From positions 175,164-239,163 of IMG/VR virus record IMGVR_UViG_3300032214_000715: a stretch of 64,000 nucleotides of DNA; one strand, 5' to 3'. Shown piece after piece: positions 9,491 through 19,935 of the stretch. A program made the position numbers and the translations under genes. Below the pieces are notes generated by a model. That model saw nothing but the letters and a program-made list of their open reading frames with translations. It searched no databases and had not been told where the DNA came from. Within the stretch, counting starts at the first letter, position 1; every line of letters starts with the position of its first letter.

Positions 9491-12400
9491 TTAGAATCCA
9501 AATACAACGACCAAATGCGCTCGTTGTCCTAAACCTGCGGATGCTCCAGCATCACTCATTCTAGTTTGTAGAGTTATTGTGCTATTAAATACACTAGAGG
9601 CAATATTAGAGACGAACGCCGGATTTGCTAAGTCAGTTCCTCCGTCCAAGCTGGCTTGACCTAAACTAGTAATATCTCTTACGGCAAATCTCTGTGCGCT
9701 ACCGTTAGCGGCACAAATTTGTCCGTACACAGTTATTGACTTTGGAGGATTAGTTTTTCCTGTAAATGCGTAATTTACGATTGCGTTTGCTCCATCCGAA
9801 ATAGTAGCTGATACTCCAGATGTTTGAGATACCTTTGAATCGGAGCCAGATAAATTTCCACCGCTTCCAGTGGTGTATTTAAATACTACTATTTCTGGAG
9901 AACTAGTTCCGCCACCTCCGCCACCTGAACTAGCAATAGTAATAGTATTAGCGTCAGTTCTAGTAATCGTAACATTAGATCCAGCAGCTAAAGTAACATT
10001 ATCGGTAGAAGAATCGCTACCTGTAAGTCTTAAATTAGCACCGCCTGTTACTGTTTCTGCACTAATACTATAGGTTGTTCCTGCGCCACCGCCACCTGAA
10101 TATTGTGGAATGTTCAATGTGCCATTTGTAAACGTAGCAGCCCCGCTAGTTCCAGTTGTTGTTAGAGTAATTGGTGCTTGATAATCTGTTCCAGCGGAAG
10201 CAGCTACAAACCCACTTCCGTTTCCTTTTAATAGACCGTTTAGTGTAGTAGTTACCGCTAGTGTTCCAGATGCTGTTACTGGACTTCCGGTTACCGTAAA
10301 TCCAGTTGGCATTGTCAGTCCTACACTTGTTACTGTTCCAGAACCACCTCCACTTCCACCAGAAGCAGCAATAGTAATTTCGTTAGCTGCGGATCCCGTA
10401 CCTTTAGTTAAAGTAACATTAGTTCCAGCTACTAGCGTAACAGATGTAGTTCCAGTTCCACTTCCTCCGGCAGTTAATGTAATATTTTTCTTTGTAGCTT
10501 GTCCAGATACATCTGCTGCGCTTATGCTGTATGTAGTATCTGTGTTTGCTACTACATCAGTAAGCTTTGCTATGGCATTCCAAGCTCCGCCCTGAGCAAA
10601 GTAGGGTCTTGTATCAGCATTACTAACTGCTAGAGCGCCTTGATAAGTAGTGGCATTAGGAAAAGCAGCTTGATTTGTAAAATAGAAAGGAATAACACTG
10701 CCCACCGCCGGAGCTGTAATTAGTCCAGTGTCGGAAATTGTTACTAAGCTGTTTTGAATTAGCTTGCCTGTGTTGGAGTCAAATCTAGCAATAGCGTTGT
10801 CAGTAGCGGACGCTGGTCCAACTACATCTCCGCTTCCTCCTCCGCTAGAAACAGTTGCCCATTCTAGACCGCTAGCTGCGGAATTCACACGCAATACTTG
10901 AAGAGCAGTTCCTATACTTGTTAAACCTGTGCCGCCGGCGGTTGTTGGAACAGTAGACTGTGTAAATCCAAGTGTTACAGCACCATTAGTTGTGGAAGCA
11001 GTAACTCCACCGCCACCAGTTACACTTAGTACTCCAGTATTAGCAATAGCATTGTTAGTTATTGATATACCAGTGCCGGCGGTCAATGAATTGGGTCCAC
11101 CAAACTGCGTGAATACAATGTTTGTAGTCCCGAGAGTTATTGTGCCCGAGGTAGTCATTACCCACTGAGTGGTGGCAAGTGTTCCTTCACCAACGAAAAA
11201 TGCGTCTCCGGAATTAATATTTGATGAACTATTAAAATCACTTACTCTAGTCAACACAAACGGATTTAACGTAGTAAGCTCATACATACCATTTTGCGTT
11301 TGTGTTGTCTGATTTTTAACTAATATACGATCACCTAGCGATAAAGTTACTCCATTTATTGACCCTAATGATCCAGATCCAGTTAACGTAGCTCCAGTTC
11401 CTGCTGTACCATTGTTGTATGTAGCAGTGATATTAGATGCAGTAGCGGTACGAGCTGACTCTTTTACTACTAATCCAGACGCTAAATTGTCCACGTATTG
11501 TTTAGTTGCGGCGTGAAGAGCAGTTGTGGGATTGCCACTAAGAGACAGCGCTCCAGTCATAGTACCGCCAGCAAGAGGAACAAATCCGACAGCACTGATA
11601 ACGTCATTGTCAATAGTAATAGTTGTGCCGTCTACTTTTACTCCACCGCGGACCGTAGTAGACGCTGCTGGTAAAGTGTAACTACTACCCCCAGTAGAAT
11701 CGGTGCCGTTTACCCAATTAGTACCATTATACTTTAGCACTTCTCCAGTGGTTGGAGTGGTAATAACTACGTCCGTTAGATCATCTAAATTAGTGGCGCC
11801 ACCACCGCCACCACCACTCACAGCGCTTATTATTCCGTCTTCTATGGTAATTGTTGTTCCGTCTATCTTTACTAAACCCAAGACATTTACTGAAGCAGTG
11901 GGTATAGCTGCGTATTCTAGTGCGGTTCCAAGAGAGTTTACTTTTAGATAGCTGTTTGCTTCACCCTTAGAACTTAAACCAGTTCCGCCGTTATCGATGT
12001 CTAATGTTCCCGCTAGAGTAAATGTACCAGAGCTGGTTATAGGATTTTCAGAGGAAGAACTAACGGTTAGTCCAGTATTGCCAGTAGAAAAACCAATACT
12101 AGTTACAGTTCCAGTACCAGATGTGTTACCCCAGCTTAACTTGCCAGACCCGTCTGTAATCAACACTTGTCCAGTAGATCCGCCGCCTATGCTAAGTTTG
12201 TTTACATCGGTAAATGTGGCGCCCTGAGCTACTTCTATGGAATCAACTGATAGTATCTTGGTATTGGGATTGAAGGAAAATGAGCTTACTCCGTCCAAAT
12301 CACCGCCGTTGTTAAACTGAACTTGATAGTTAGAACCACCGGGCTCATCGACATACACAAATTGCTGTACAGTGCTTTGATCTATTCCGGTAACGTATAT

Positions 12401-12667
12401 ATCTTTGTCCGTGTTTATAACACTAACGGCATCTGCGCCGGCAAACAATAGCGTATTGTTGGTGGCGTTGTTAAATGTTATTCTGCCATCAGTTAAAGAA
12501 GGTTGACGAGAAACTGATGTAATAGAACTTGAAGTAGTATTTCCAATAGCATCTACTTGTGTTATATTTGTTGCTATCGGTGGACCACTTAGGGCTGTTG
12601 ATACAGTCTGCGCTACTACAGGATCGTCTCCTGAAATTATCGTTGCTGAGGGTGTTTTGATTGCCAT
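9491..12667 (-). CDS. Long tail-fibre protein
   Basis: 1058 aa; GTVTSV, poly-Gly linkers, LDDLTDV..LKYNGTNW, AATKQYVD modules shared with 3206..6406. Confidence 0.8.
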   Translation of the reverse strand: MAIKTPSATIISGDDPVVAQTVSTALSGPPIATNITQVDAIGNTTSSSITSVSRQPSLTDGRITFNNATNNTLLFAGADAVSVINTDKDIYVTGIDQSTVQQFVYVDEPGGSNYQVQFNNGGDLDGVSSFSFNPNTKILSVDSIEVAQGATFTDVNKLSIGGGSTGQVLITDGSGKLSWGNTSGTGTVTSIGFSTGNTGLTVSSSSENPITSSGTFTLAGTLDIDNGGTGLSSKGEANSYLKVNSLGTALEYAAIPTASVNVLGLVKIDGTTITIEDGIISAVSGGGGGGATNLDDLTDVVITTPTTGEVLKYNGTNWVNGTDSTGGSSYTLPAASTTVRGGVKVDGTTITIDNDVISAVGFVPLAGGTMTGALSLSGNPTTALHAATKQYVDNLASGLVVKESARTATASNITATYNNGTAGTGATLTGSGSLGSINGVTLSLGDRILVKNQTTQTQNGMYELTTLNPFVLTRVSDFNSSSNINSGDAFFVGEGTLATTQWVMTTSGTITLGTTNIVFTQFGGPNSLTAGTGISITNNAIANTGVLSVTGGGGVTASTTNGAVTLGFTQSTVPTTAGGTGLTSIGTALQVLRVNSAASGLEWATVSSGGGSGDVVGPASATDNAIARFDSNTGKLIQNSLVTISDTGLITAPAVGSVIPFYFTNQAAFPNATTYQGALAVSNADTRPYFAQGGAWNAIAKLTDVVANTDTTYSISAADVSGQATKKNITLTAGGSGTGTTSVTLVAGTNVTLTKGTGSAANEITIAASGGSGGGSGTVTSVGLTMPTGFTVTGSPVTASGTLAVTTTLNGLLKGNGSGFVAASAGTDYQAPITLTTTGTSGAATFTNGTLNIPQYSGGGGAGTTYSISAETVTGGANLRLTGSDSSTDNVTLAAGSNVTITRTDANTITIASSGGGGGGTSSPEIVVFKYTTGSGGNLSGSDSKVSQTSGVSATISDGANAIVNYAFTGKTNPPKSITVYGQICAANGSAQRFAVRDITSLGQASLDGGTDLANPAFVSNIASSVFNSTITLQTRMSDAGASAGLGQRAHLVVVFGF

Positions 12668-12763
12668 TATAATTTCCTTTTAACCGCCTTTGTGCGAATT
12701 AATCTTTATAATGTATTTAGCACACCGTGTGTTTTTAATTCTATGAATATTGTAAAAGAAATA

Positions 12764-12789
12764 AAAAAGACCGCACGTGCGGTCTTTTT
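12764..12789. terminator. Palindromic intrinsic terminator
   Basis: aaaaagaccgcacgtgcggtcttttt, a perfect palindrome with A/T tails. Confidence 0.8.
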
Positions 12790-12809
12790 AGAGCGAGTCT
12801 ATAGCTCAA

Positions 12810-13703
12810 TCAAGCACTGGCGGTCTCAATCAATTGAATTTTTCCAGCGTTTTTCATAGCTTCCAGATAACTTTGTCCAAGAGAACTAATTAAAGCGTCT
12901 TGTAGTTGAGCAGAGTATGCGAAGTTGCCACGATGTGAGAGCATTACGCGCTTATCAACATAAACCTTGCCTCCCAATGAACGCCAATTATCGCAGAAAG
13001 TCCAATCATCATTGTTGAGTGAATTACCAACTACGCTTGAGTTAAAGTAAGTGCGTAGATACTTATCGTACTCAGTAGATGTTCCAGCATCAACAGAATA
13101 TGGTGTAACGGCAGAGTGTTCATTCATCTTGGTGAATACTTCACGCTTGATGAGCATAAACCCAGTACCAGTACGTGCCACTTCGTGTAGTCCGTCATCG
13201 CCCTCTTCGGCATTTTCTAAGGTATTTATTACCCAGCGAATTGGAATAGTCTTAGTTGGGTACAGACCGCTGATAACATCAACTTTGCGATTTAGTAGCA
13301 CTAGTAGATGCCAGGGTTCCCAGCCAATGTCACTATCAATAAACATTAGATGAGTCTTATCTTCTTGCGACAAGAATTTAGCTGCTAGCATATTTTTTGA
13401 ACGGGCCTGCCAGGAATCGTTGGATGAGGTTTCCAGTGACCATTCAAAGCCAAACTGTCTGGCAGCGTTAGAGAACTTAATAAAGCTAATGAACGAACTT
13501 TCCGAGATAGATCCATTGACGCACGGCATAGCTAGATGTACTCTAGTTGAGCGTAGATAGTCCAAATCAATTTGAACTCCGTCGGTTTGTTCAGTTACTT
13601 CTTCTGTTCCCCCAGCACTGGCTTGCTGCGCTGACTTGTCTGCTAGTTCTTGTACTGCTTCTACGGGAATTTTTTGCTTCTTACTTGACTTTTTTGTTGC
13701 CAT
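12810..13703 (-). CDS. GT-A fold glycosyltransferase-like protein
   Basis: LAMPC N-terminal strand; HLMFIDSDIGW (DxD); GTGFMLIKREVF; DDWTFC..W...GGKVYVD..LSHRG. Confidence 0.75.
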   Translation of the reverse strand: MATKKSSKKQKIPVEAVQELADKSAQQASAGGTEEVTEQTDGVQIDLDYLRSTRVHLAMPCVNGSISESSFISFIKFSNAARQFGFEWSLETSSNDSWQARSKNMLAAKFLSQEDKTHLMFIDSDIGWEPWHLLVLLNRKVDVISGLYPTKTIPIRWVINTLENAEEGDDGLHEVARTGTGFMLIKREVFTKMNEHSAVTPYSVDAGTSTEYDKYLRTYFNSSVVGNSLNNDDWTFCDNWRSLGGKVYVDKRVMLSHRGNFAYSAQLQDALISSLGQSYLEAMKNAGKIQLIETASA

Positions 13704-13771
13704 ATTGTTACCTTTCTTAAGTATTAAAAAAACTATGATAACAATATTTACGACTCAAGTCAATAGATAAA

Positions 13772-13951
13772 TTATTTTTCCTCTAGATAATCAGCAGTTT
13801 CGGACAAATGAACTCTGATCTGTTTTTTATTCTTTGCTGCGTTAATTGATTCTCTAATCAACTTTAATAGTTGAAGCTTCTGTTCAATGGTGGCGCCATT
13901 TAATAGTGGTCTGCTTTCTCGTATTAGTCTAAGTAGATTAGAGTTGTTCAT
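13772..13951 (-). CDS. Small hypothetical protein (59 aa)
   Basis: Translated by hand: MNNSNLLRLIRESRPLL...DYLEEK*; starts 2 nt after the stop of 13953..14300. Confidence 0.6.
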   Translation of the reverse strand: MNNSNLLRLIRESRPLLNGATIEQKLQLLKLIRESINAAKNKKQIRVHLSETADYLEEK

Positions 13952-13952
13952 A

Positions 13953-14300
13953 TTAATAACTCACACTTACAAAGTGAACTGATCCTGCTGTCCAGTCAAC
14001 TAATCTTGCTCTTAGCAGAACAAAGTTTCCAGTAAAATTTAAGAACCCACTTTTCTCTGTAATATCAATTTCATTGATAATGACCCAATCGGACTCCGTT
14101 GGGCTAGTTTCAAGTGTACCCTCTAATAAAACCGTAGCATTAAATTGCTGCTCAAATGACCACGCAAAAGTCTGCAGATTACTGGAGGCCGTATAATAGG
14201 AAGCAGCTTCTACTGATTCACCGATAAATGTTGCCTGTGGCTGAGTCGGTCCTGGATGAGCCATGGCAGTAATCAAATTTAACGTAGTCGTTTGAGCCAT
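13953..14300 (-). CDS. Hypothetical beta-sandwich virion protein
   Basis: 115 aa; LEGTLETSPTESDW...NFTGNFVLLRARL. Confidence 0.6.
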   Translation of the reverse strand: MAQTTTLNLITAMAHPGPTQPQATFIGESVEAASYYTASSNLQTFAWSFEQQFNATVLLEGTLETSPTESDWVIINEIDITEKSGFLNFTGNFVLLRARLVDWTAGSVHFVSVSY

Positions 14301-14464
14301 TATGCTAATTCCGCTTCTACAATTACTGAATTTCCAAGAAGCTCCTGTGCCACTTGTTCTATAGAGCTAATTATTTCTTCTGTTATTAAAGAAGAATTTT
14401 CCGAATCAGCTTTAATCAGCTTACTAATTTTTACTACAATGATTTCTTCTTGTATCTTGGCCAC
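14300..14464 (-). CDS. Small hypothetical protein (54 aa)
   Basis: GTG at 14464 after AGGAG; MAKIQEEIIVVKISKLIK...VEAELA*; TAATG coupling to the next gene. Confidence 0.7.
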   Translation of the reverse strand: MAKIQEEIIVVKISKLIKADSENSSLITEEIISSIEQVAQELLGNSVIVEAELA

Positions 14465-14476
14465 AAAAAACTCCTA

Positions 14477-15205
14477 TTATGTTGTATTTATTCTTTTTTC
14501 AATATTGCTGACTTTGCGAATCAACTCAGGAAACTTTAACATCAAATAAGTAATATGTCGCTCATCATCAAGATCAATAAAAAAAGTAGAATTCATAAAT
14601 CTAGAACGCGACGAATGTTGAAAGAATCTTCTTAGAGCATAACTACAATCTATGTCCAATACATTATCACGTACATAATTCCATAAATCAGTTTTATCTT
14701 GATCGCTAATTCTGAATGAAGAAAAATATGTTCTTATTTTTCTTTTTGGATTCATATGATAAATTACGTCGCGTTGAAACCCTGCGATTTTTTCAACCTT
14801 GAAAAATGTCACTGGCAACATTGTATCATTGTATTCATTTTCAGTGAACGAATCAATCAACTCCTTTATCGCATCATCACTATTGTAATACACACTAAAT
14901 GTATCGCAGCAAAACATAAACTTTATGTCTGACTTGAGTGCTTTATGCTTATTTGTCCACAGTACTATGTTTCTAGCAATATTGTCACTTGATCCTATTA
15001 CTTGTCTTACGGTCATATTTTTACCGTGACCCAAATAATAACTACACTTAGTGTCTAATCTATTAGAAAACTGATACTCGTTTTTTACTGACCTGAAAAA
15101 ATGTATTCCAATAATATCAAATTTAACTTTGTACTGATATCGATCAAAGTAGTTATTAACGTGTGCTTTATCTAAAACAAAATTAGTGTAATGTAATGAT
15201 TCCAT
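14477..15205 (-). CDS. Hypothetical protein
   Basis: Open frame downstream of clpA; likely ATG start at 15205 (MESLHY). Confidence 0.6.
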   Translation of the reverse strand: MESLHYTNFVLDKAHVNNYFDRYQYKVKFDIIGIHFFRSVKNEYQFSNRLDTKCSYYLGHGKNMTVRQVIGSSDNIARNIVLWTNKHKALKSDIKFMFCCDTFSVYYNSDDAIKELIDSFTENEYNDTMLPVTFFKVEKIAGFQRDVIYHMNPKRKIRTYFSSFRISDQDKTDLWNYVRDNVLDIDCSYALRRFFQHSSRSRFMNSTFFIDLDDERHITYLMLKFPELIRKVSNIEKRINTT

Positions 15206-17459
15206 CTGACCCAACCACTCCAGTAACATCAGTCATCTTACTAACTACGTTAAATTCAATTTTTTCGTTTATCAATGTTGCGCACATTGTAGAATTCTTC
15301 AACTTTTCAAAAAGTATTTTCTTGCTAAGAGGAACACGAATCAACTCATCAATTTTACGTGCCAATGGTCTAGCTCCCATCTTATCATCGTATCCAATTT
15401 TTCCTAGATGCTCTATTGCTTCTTCGCTAAAGTTTATAGTAATTCCGTGCTGATTAATCAATTGCTTCTTTAGTTCGTTCAAAAACTTAACCACGATTTT
15501 CTTTATCGCTAGCATATCTAGTTTTTTGAACTTACATATCATGTCAATACGATTGCGCAACTCGGGCTTAAAGAATTCTTTTAGAGCCTTTTCATCACTG
15601 TCTGTTTTTCGTTGATCGCCGAAGCCAATATTATTACGCTCACTGTCGGCAGCGCCCATATTACTGGTCATAATTACAATAGTATTTTTAGCACTGACCT
15701 TTTTACCGTTAGTTCCGGTAATAGTTCCCTCGTCCAACAGTTGTAGGAATAAGTTGTATACGTCTGGGTGTGCCTTTTCAACTTCGTCAAACAGCATTAT
15801 TGAATATGGGTTTTTGCTTAGATCGCTAATTATTTTTCCGCCGCCCAGATTGCTGTCTTCGTAGCCTACATATCCAGGAGGAGCTCCAATCAACCCAGCG
15901 ACACTATGTTTTTCCTGATATTCACTCATATCGTACTTAAGCAAAATCATATCCAAGTTTTCGCTTAATAGACGAGCTAGTTCTGTTTTTCCTGTTCCGG
16001 TTGGGCCTAAAAATAGAAAGCTTGCCATTGGCTTCTTTTCATTTGAAATGCCAGCATAGCTTACATAAATGCGATTTAGTACTTCATCAACCACGTGTTC
16101 TTGTCCGTATAGCTTTTCTTTGATCCCAGCTTCAAGATTAATCACGTGTTCAGTCTTGTTAACATCAAGCTTGCTTTCTGGAATGTTTGCCATTTTACTG
16201 ATTTGTTCGCGCACGTTGGCATCAATAATAACAGCTCCGATATTATTTTCAACTCGTTGTTTAGCGCAGGCAGCATCCAATAAGTCTATGCTCTTATCTG
16301 GGTTTTTCTTATCGTGTATGTATCGTGCGCCATAATCAATGGCACTAGTAATAGCGCTTTCCTGAATAGTGACTTTATGAAATTCATTTAGTCTCTCGGA
16401 CAATCCAGTTAAAATCTTTTTAGTAGTTTCTAAACTAGGTTCATCTACGCTTACACGATAGAATCTACGCATAAGCGCCCGATCCTTTTCAAAGCTTTCG
16501 TAATATTCTTCCCACGTAGTACTGGCAATAATCTTTAGTGTGCCCTTTGTAATAGCAGGTTTAATCATATTGGCGAAATCAACACTACTTGATGTGCTGC
16601 CGCCTGCTCCACGCATAGTATGAGCTTCGTCAATAAACAGAATTACATTCTTTTTGGTGTTTAATGCTTCAATAACATTTTTGACTTTTTCTTCAAAGTC
16701 ACCACGATATTTACTACCAGCAAGTAAGCTTCCAATTTCTAAGGAATACAACTCGTGCTCCTTTAAGAATTCTGGAACATCTTCATTTACGATTTTATAT
16801 GCCATGCCCTCTGCTATGGCAGTTTTTCCAGTACCAGGGTCTCCCACCATTAATACATTACTCTTGTACTTCTTGGCAAGAATATTGACAATATCATAAA
16901 TTTCGGTATCCCTACCGATAACGGGATCAATCTTTCCTTCTCGTGCTAGTTGAGTTAAATTGGTAGTATGCTCATCCAATACTTCACTAGCTTGCTCCGC
17001 AGTCATCTTTGCCGACTTAGTGTTTTTAGCGTTCTTTTGCCAGAAAGCAATAAATTCGTTTCTAGTTACTCCCCACTTTAACAAAAAGTAATGTGCGTGA
17101 CTATTGGTTTCAGTAATGATACTTAGATATAAGTCTACAATCTCAATTTGACGACGACCGGTAAATAGTACCTGAGTCACAGCACGATTAAACACACGCT
17201 CTAAGGCATTTGTGCGCTTTGGATGAAATTCGTCTGTAACATTTTTTTCTATTAGAATTGTTTGATTATCCAAAAACCCAGATAAGTCAACAATCATTGA
17301 ATCAGCGTCAACTCCAAATGCGTCTAACTGACGCTTGAATGAGTCCTGAAGCACCATACTCAATAATGCGTGTTCAAGCGTAACGTATTTGTGATTTCTA
17401 TCTTTAGCCAGCGACACCGCTCTTTCAATAATTTGCTCTACTTCTGGGTTGTTTATCAT
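15183..17459 (-). CDS. clpA: ATP-dependent Clp protease ATPase subunit ClpA
   Basis: Clp-N domain (YVTLEHALL); Walker A GDPGTGKT and GPTGTGKT; LFIDEAH, LFDEVEKAHPDV; IGF ClpP-docking loop; no ClpB middle coiled coil; 758 aa. Confidence 0.93.
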   Translation of the reverse strand: MINNPEVEQIIERAVSLAKDRNHKYVTLEHALLSMVLQDSFKRQLDAFGVDADSMIVDLSGFLDNQTILIEKNVTDEFHPKRTNALERVFNRAVTQVLFTGRRQIEIVDLYLSIITETNSHAHYFLLKWGVTRNEFIAFWQKNAKNTKSAKMTAEQASEVLDEHTTNLTQLAREGKIDPVIGRDTEIYDIVNILAKKYKSNVLMVGDPGTGKTAIAEGMAYKIVNEDVPEFLKEHELYSLEIGSLLAGSKYRGDFEEKVKNVIEALNTKKNVILFIDEAHTMRGAGGSTSSSVDFANMIKPAITKGTLKIIASTTWEEYYESFEKDRALMRRFYRVSVDEPSLETTKKILTGLSERLNEFHKVTIQESAITSAIDYGARYIHDKKNPDKSIDLLDAACAKQRVENNIGAVIIDANVREQISKMANIPESKLDVNKTEHVINLEAGIKEKLYGQEHVVDEVLNRIYVSYAGISNEKKPMASFLFLGPTGTGKTELARLLSENLDMILLKYDMSEYQEKHSVAGLIGAPPGYVGYEDSNLGGGKIISDLSKNPYSIMLFDEVEKAHPDVYNLFLQLLDEGTITGTNGKKVSAKNTIVIMTSNMGAADSERNNIGFGDQRKTDSDEKALKEFFKPELRNRIDMICKFKKLDMLAIKKIVVKFLNELKKQLINQHGITINFSEEAIEHLGKIGYDDKMGARPLARKIDELIRVPLSKKILFEKLKNSTMCATLINEKIEFNVVSKMTDVTGVVGSDGIITLH

Positions 17460-18229
17460 CTTTGAACCTTTCTTGTATTCTGTTCTTGTTGAATTGAGTT
17501 TAATAACTCGTCACTTATTGTATCAGGTATCTTTGCTTTTATCAATATGTATTGGTCACCAACTGCTCCGAATCTATTAGATAGACCCTGTCCTGATAAT
17601 CTTAGTTGATGATCAGCCTTACTAAGTTTTGATAATGTGATTTCCAGTTCTCGCTTGTGTATAGTAGTGAATTTTATTACTGTACCCAGAATCAAATCAA
17701 ATACATCAACGTCCACGGTTGAATATAAATCCAATCCGCGTCTGTTAAATCGCTGATCGTGATTTACAATAAACGTAACTTGAATCACGGCGTTTTCTAT
17801 TAAGTTATCGTAACGATACACTTCACCGTTTTCTATTCCGCGTGGAACATTTATCTCTACGTATTTCGTTCCAGAGTGAGTATTTATTTGTAGTGCCTGT
17901 ACACTGTCTGCTACAATTTGTTCCAGATTTAGATGAATTCCAAAATTATAAACTTGAAGTGCGTTGGCTCTATTATGCGAATTAAACATATTGAAAATAT
18001 CATTAAAATTTCCAAAAGTAAATTCTGGGCTGTGTTGTCGTGGATTATCGTGTTGACTTCTTTTATCAGCATCGCTCAGTATATCGTAGGCACTTTGTAT
18101 TTCCTGAAACTTCTTAGTATCGCCCTGACTTTTATCCGGGTGATGCTGACTTGCCAATTTTCTGTATGCTTTTTTTATATCGTCTAACGTGGAGTTTCTA
18201 TCAACTCCTAGTATTTTATAAGGATCCAT
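17456..18229 (-). CDS. dnaJ: DnaJ/CbpA-type co-chaperone
   Basis: J domain DPYKILGV...IKKAYRKLASQHHPDK; C-terminal LRLSGQGL..GDQYI; no zinc finger. Confidence 0.9.
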   Translation of the reverse strand: MDPYKILGVDRNSTLDDIKKAYRKLASQHHPDKSQGDTKKFQEIQSAYDILSDADKRSQHDNPRQHSPEFTFGNFNDIFNMFNSHNRANALQVYNFGIHLNLEQIVADSVQALQINTHSGTKYVEINVPRGIENGEVYRYDNLIENAVIQVTFIVNHDQRFNRRGLDLYSTVDVDVFDLILGTVIKFTTIHKRELEITLSKLSKADHQLRLSGQGLSNRFGAVGDQYILIKAKIPDTISDELLNSIQQEQNTRKVQR

Positions 18230-18242
18230 CAACTATATATGA

Positions 18243-18710
18243 CTATGACTTACCCTCTATTTTTTCTTTAGTACGACCGTATACTGCTATCCCTAGTACC
18301 GCTCCCATAGCAATATGATAAAGCCCAGCTCCTTGTAGAGTTATGGGTTGCCATTGACTAGTTACTTGTCCGCCCTGTAGAGTTTGTAGTACGCTCCATA
18401 ATACTGGAAAAATAACAAAGTCCGCTGTACAAGTGACAATATAGTGCCATCCCATAAGTGGTCTCCAACGTTTATTGATCCAGTCACTGTTAGTGTTTTC
18501 TACTAGAACATCGGCGCCGCTAGCAGCGTTGCTTGATGCTGAACCGGTTAATATAGTCGTGGATGGCGAAGGTGAGTACTGCTGAGATATTTGCTGAGTA
18601 TTTAAGTTTGTAAATTGAGGTATTTCTGGATCAGCTATCAAAATTTCTTGTGTTTGATCGTCGGTGGCAACTGGATGATTCTGTGTTCTTTTTGCTAATA
18701 ATGTTGGCAT
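18243..18710 (-). CDS. Putative holin (3TM/GTA-type)
   Basis: WRPLMGW plus hydrophobic segments and C-terminal LGIAVYGRTKEKIEG. Confidence 0.7.
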   Translation of the reverse strand: MPTLLAKRTQNHPVATDDQTQEILIADPEIPQFTNLNTQQISQQYSPSPSTTILTGSASSNAASGADVLVENTNSDWINKRWRPLMGWHYIVTCTADFVIFPVLWSVLQTLQGGQVTSQWQPITLQGAGLYHIAMGAVLGIAVYGRTKEKIEGKS

Positions 18711-18711
18711 T

Positions 18712-19251
18712 TTATTTTATTCCTGCTTGACGTTGAATGCTTTTTATATACTCATCATCTTCCTCATAAACTTTAGAAGTTTTTATTCCTGCTATTTCTC
18801 TCCACTCATTTAATTCTGTTTCATTTTTACTCTTATAGTCACTAGAAGTTAATGGAATATGTCGCTGTATGTTTTCGCGTGTAGCCGGGTAACGGTCGTG
18901 TTTTATTTTTATACTCCAGTCCTCGGCCTTCACTCCGGTTAGCGTGTCCAGATCACTTAATAATTCCATAATTTTTCTAGGAGCACTTGGTCTGCGATTC
19001 ATTTCGGCAAACACGTAATATTTGCCGCGCTCTACTTCTCCTGGACTAGTGTCGGCATCAATGATAAATTCATACCCGCGTTCTAACCAACCAGTCAAGT
19101 CTTCTGCCGCTTCTTTTGATTTAATAATAAAACTAAGAGTAATAATGTCGTGATCTTCGCCTATTCTTGACTTGAACTCATCAATTCCAAGCGTAGTTAC
19201 TAGCTGATCTTCAAAATCTAAATGTGATAGACTTTCATTTAATTGTTTCAT
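18712..19251 (-). CDS. Hypothetical phage protein
   Basis: 179 aa; IDADTSPGE motif; two C-terminal xxAGIK motifs. Confidence 0.65.
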   Translation of the reverse strand: MKQLNESLSHLDFEDQLVTTLGIDEFKSRIGEDHDIITLSFIIKSKEAAEDLTGWLERGYEFIIDADTSPGEVERGKYYVFAEMNRRPSAPRKIMELLSDLDTLTGVKAEDWSIKIKHDRYPATRENIQRHIPLTSSDYKSKNETELNEWREIAGIKTSKVYEEDDEYIKSIQRQAGIK

Positions 19252-19880
19252 AATGGTAGTCCTGGTCCACCCATTGGCGGTACTCCTAACGGCGGTCCTC
19301 CCAAGGGAGGCAGACCGCCCATACCGCCCATACCGCCCATGGCGGTCTGCTCTTCTTGATTCTTGATACTTTCAGTATCATAGTCCTTGGCATAAGCGTC
19401 ATCCAAATCTTCCAAGTCAATTGTTTGATTGGCTATGTCTATGCTACCTTCTTGTATATCGGATATTAGATCCTTAGGAATAGTAATTCTAATTAACCAA
19501 ATTTCTCTATCAATTAATTTTGGATAGTGTGTGCCAGAATCATAATCACTGGGAGTTTTTATTTGAATTGGTACTTTTATTTTTGTTTTTCTAAACGCGA
19601 TCTTACATCCAAGCGGCAGCAAACGCTTGGCTCCACGTGGGTCTGGCATCAACATTGCTGGCCACATAAATGTACACGTTACAGCGTACCTAGATACCAC
19701 TGGACCATCGACTAATTCGCCCAGTTTCCAGTTTTTGAATGCGTATATATCGGCCTCATCCAAAACCCGCTCAAAATCCAACAATGTGCTCATTGTCCCA
19801 TCACTGGTATATATACCCTTGATGTTACTGACTATTTCGGCCCACTGTGGGGAATCTATAAAAGTGTACTTTTTTCCCAT
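19248..19880 (-). CDS. Hypothetical phage protein with Gly/Pro/Met-rich tail
   Basis: 210 aa; LLDFERVLD..NW..GELVDGP..MPDPRG. Confidence 0.65.
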   Translation of the reverse strand: MGKKYTFIDSPQWAEIVSNIKGIYTSDGTMSTLLDFERVLDEADIYAFKNWKLGELVDGPVVSRYAVTCTFMWPAMLMPDPRGAKRLLPLGCKIAFRKTKIKVPIQIKTPSDYDSGTHYPKLIDREIWLIRITIPKDLISDIQEGSIDIANQTIDLEDLDDAYAKDYDTESIKNQEEQTAMGGMGGMGGLPPLGGPPLGVPPMGGPGLPL

Positions 19881-19883
19881 AAT

Positions 19884-19914
19884 ATACTATTTATCATCAG
19901 CCGATAAATAGTAT
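19884..19914. promoter_or_regulatory. Back-to-back late promoters (GATAAATA) forming a 12-bp inverted repeat
   Basis: atactatttatc-atcagcc-gataaatagtat between divergent genes; resembles the T4 late promoter TATAAATA. Confidence 0.7.
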
Positions 19915-19935
19915 TAATCAACTGTAGGAACAACA

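Noticed and set aside
71-12227. Numerous plus-strand ORFs (for example 71..520, 907..1233, 5889..6296)
   Set aside because: Antisense shadows of codon-biased Ala/Thr/Val-rich minus-strand fibre genes; no RBS or motifs
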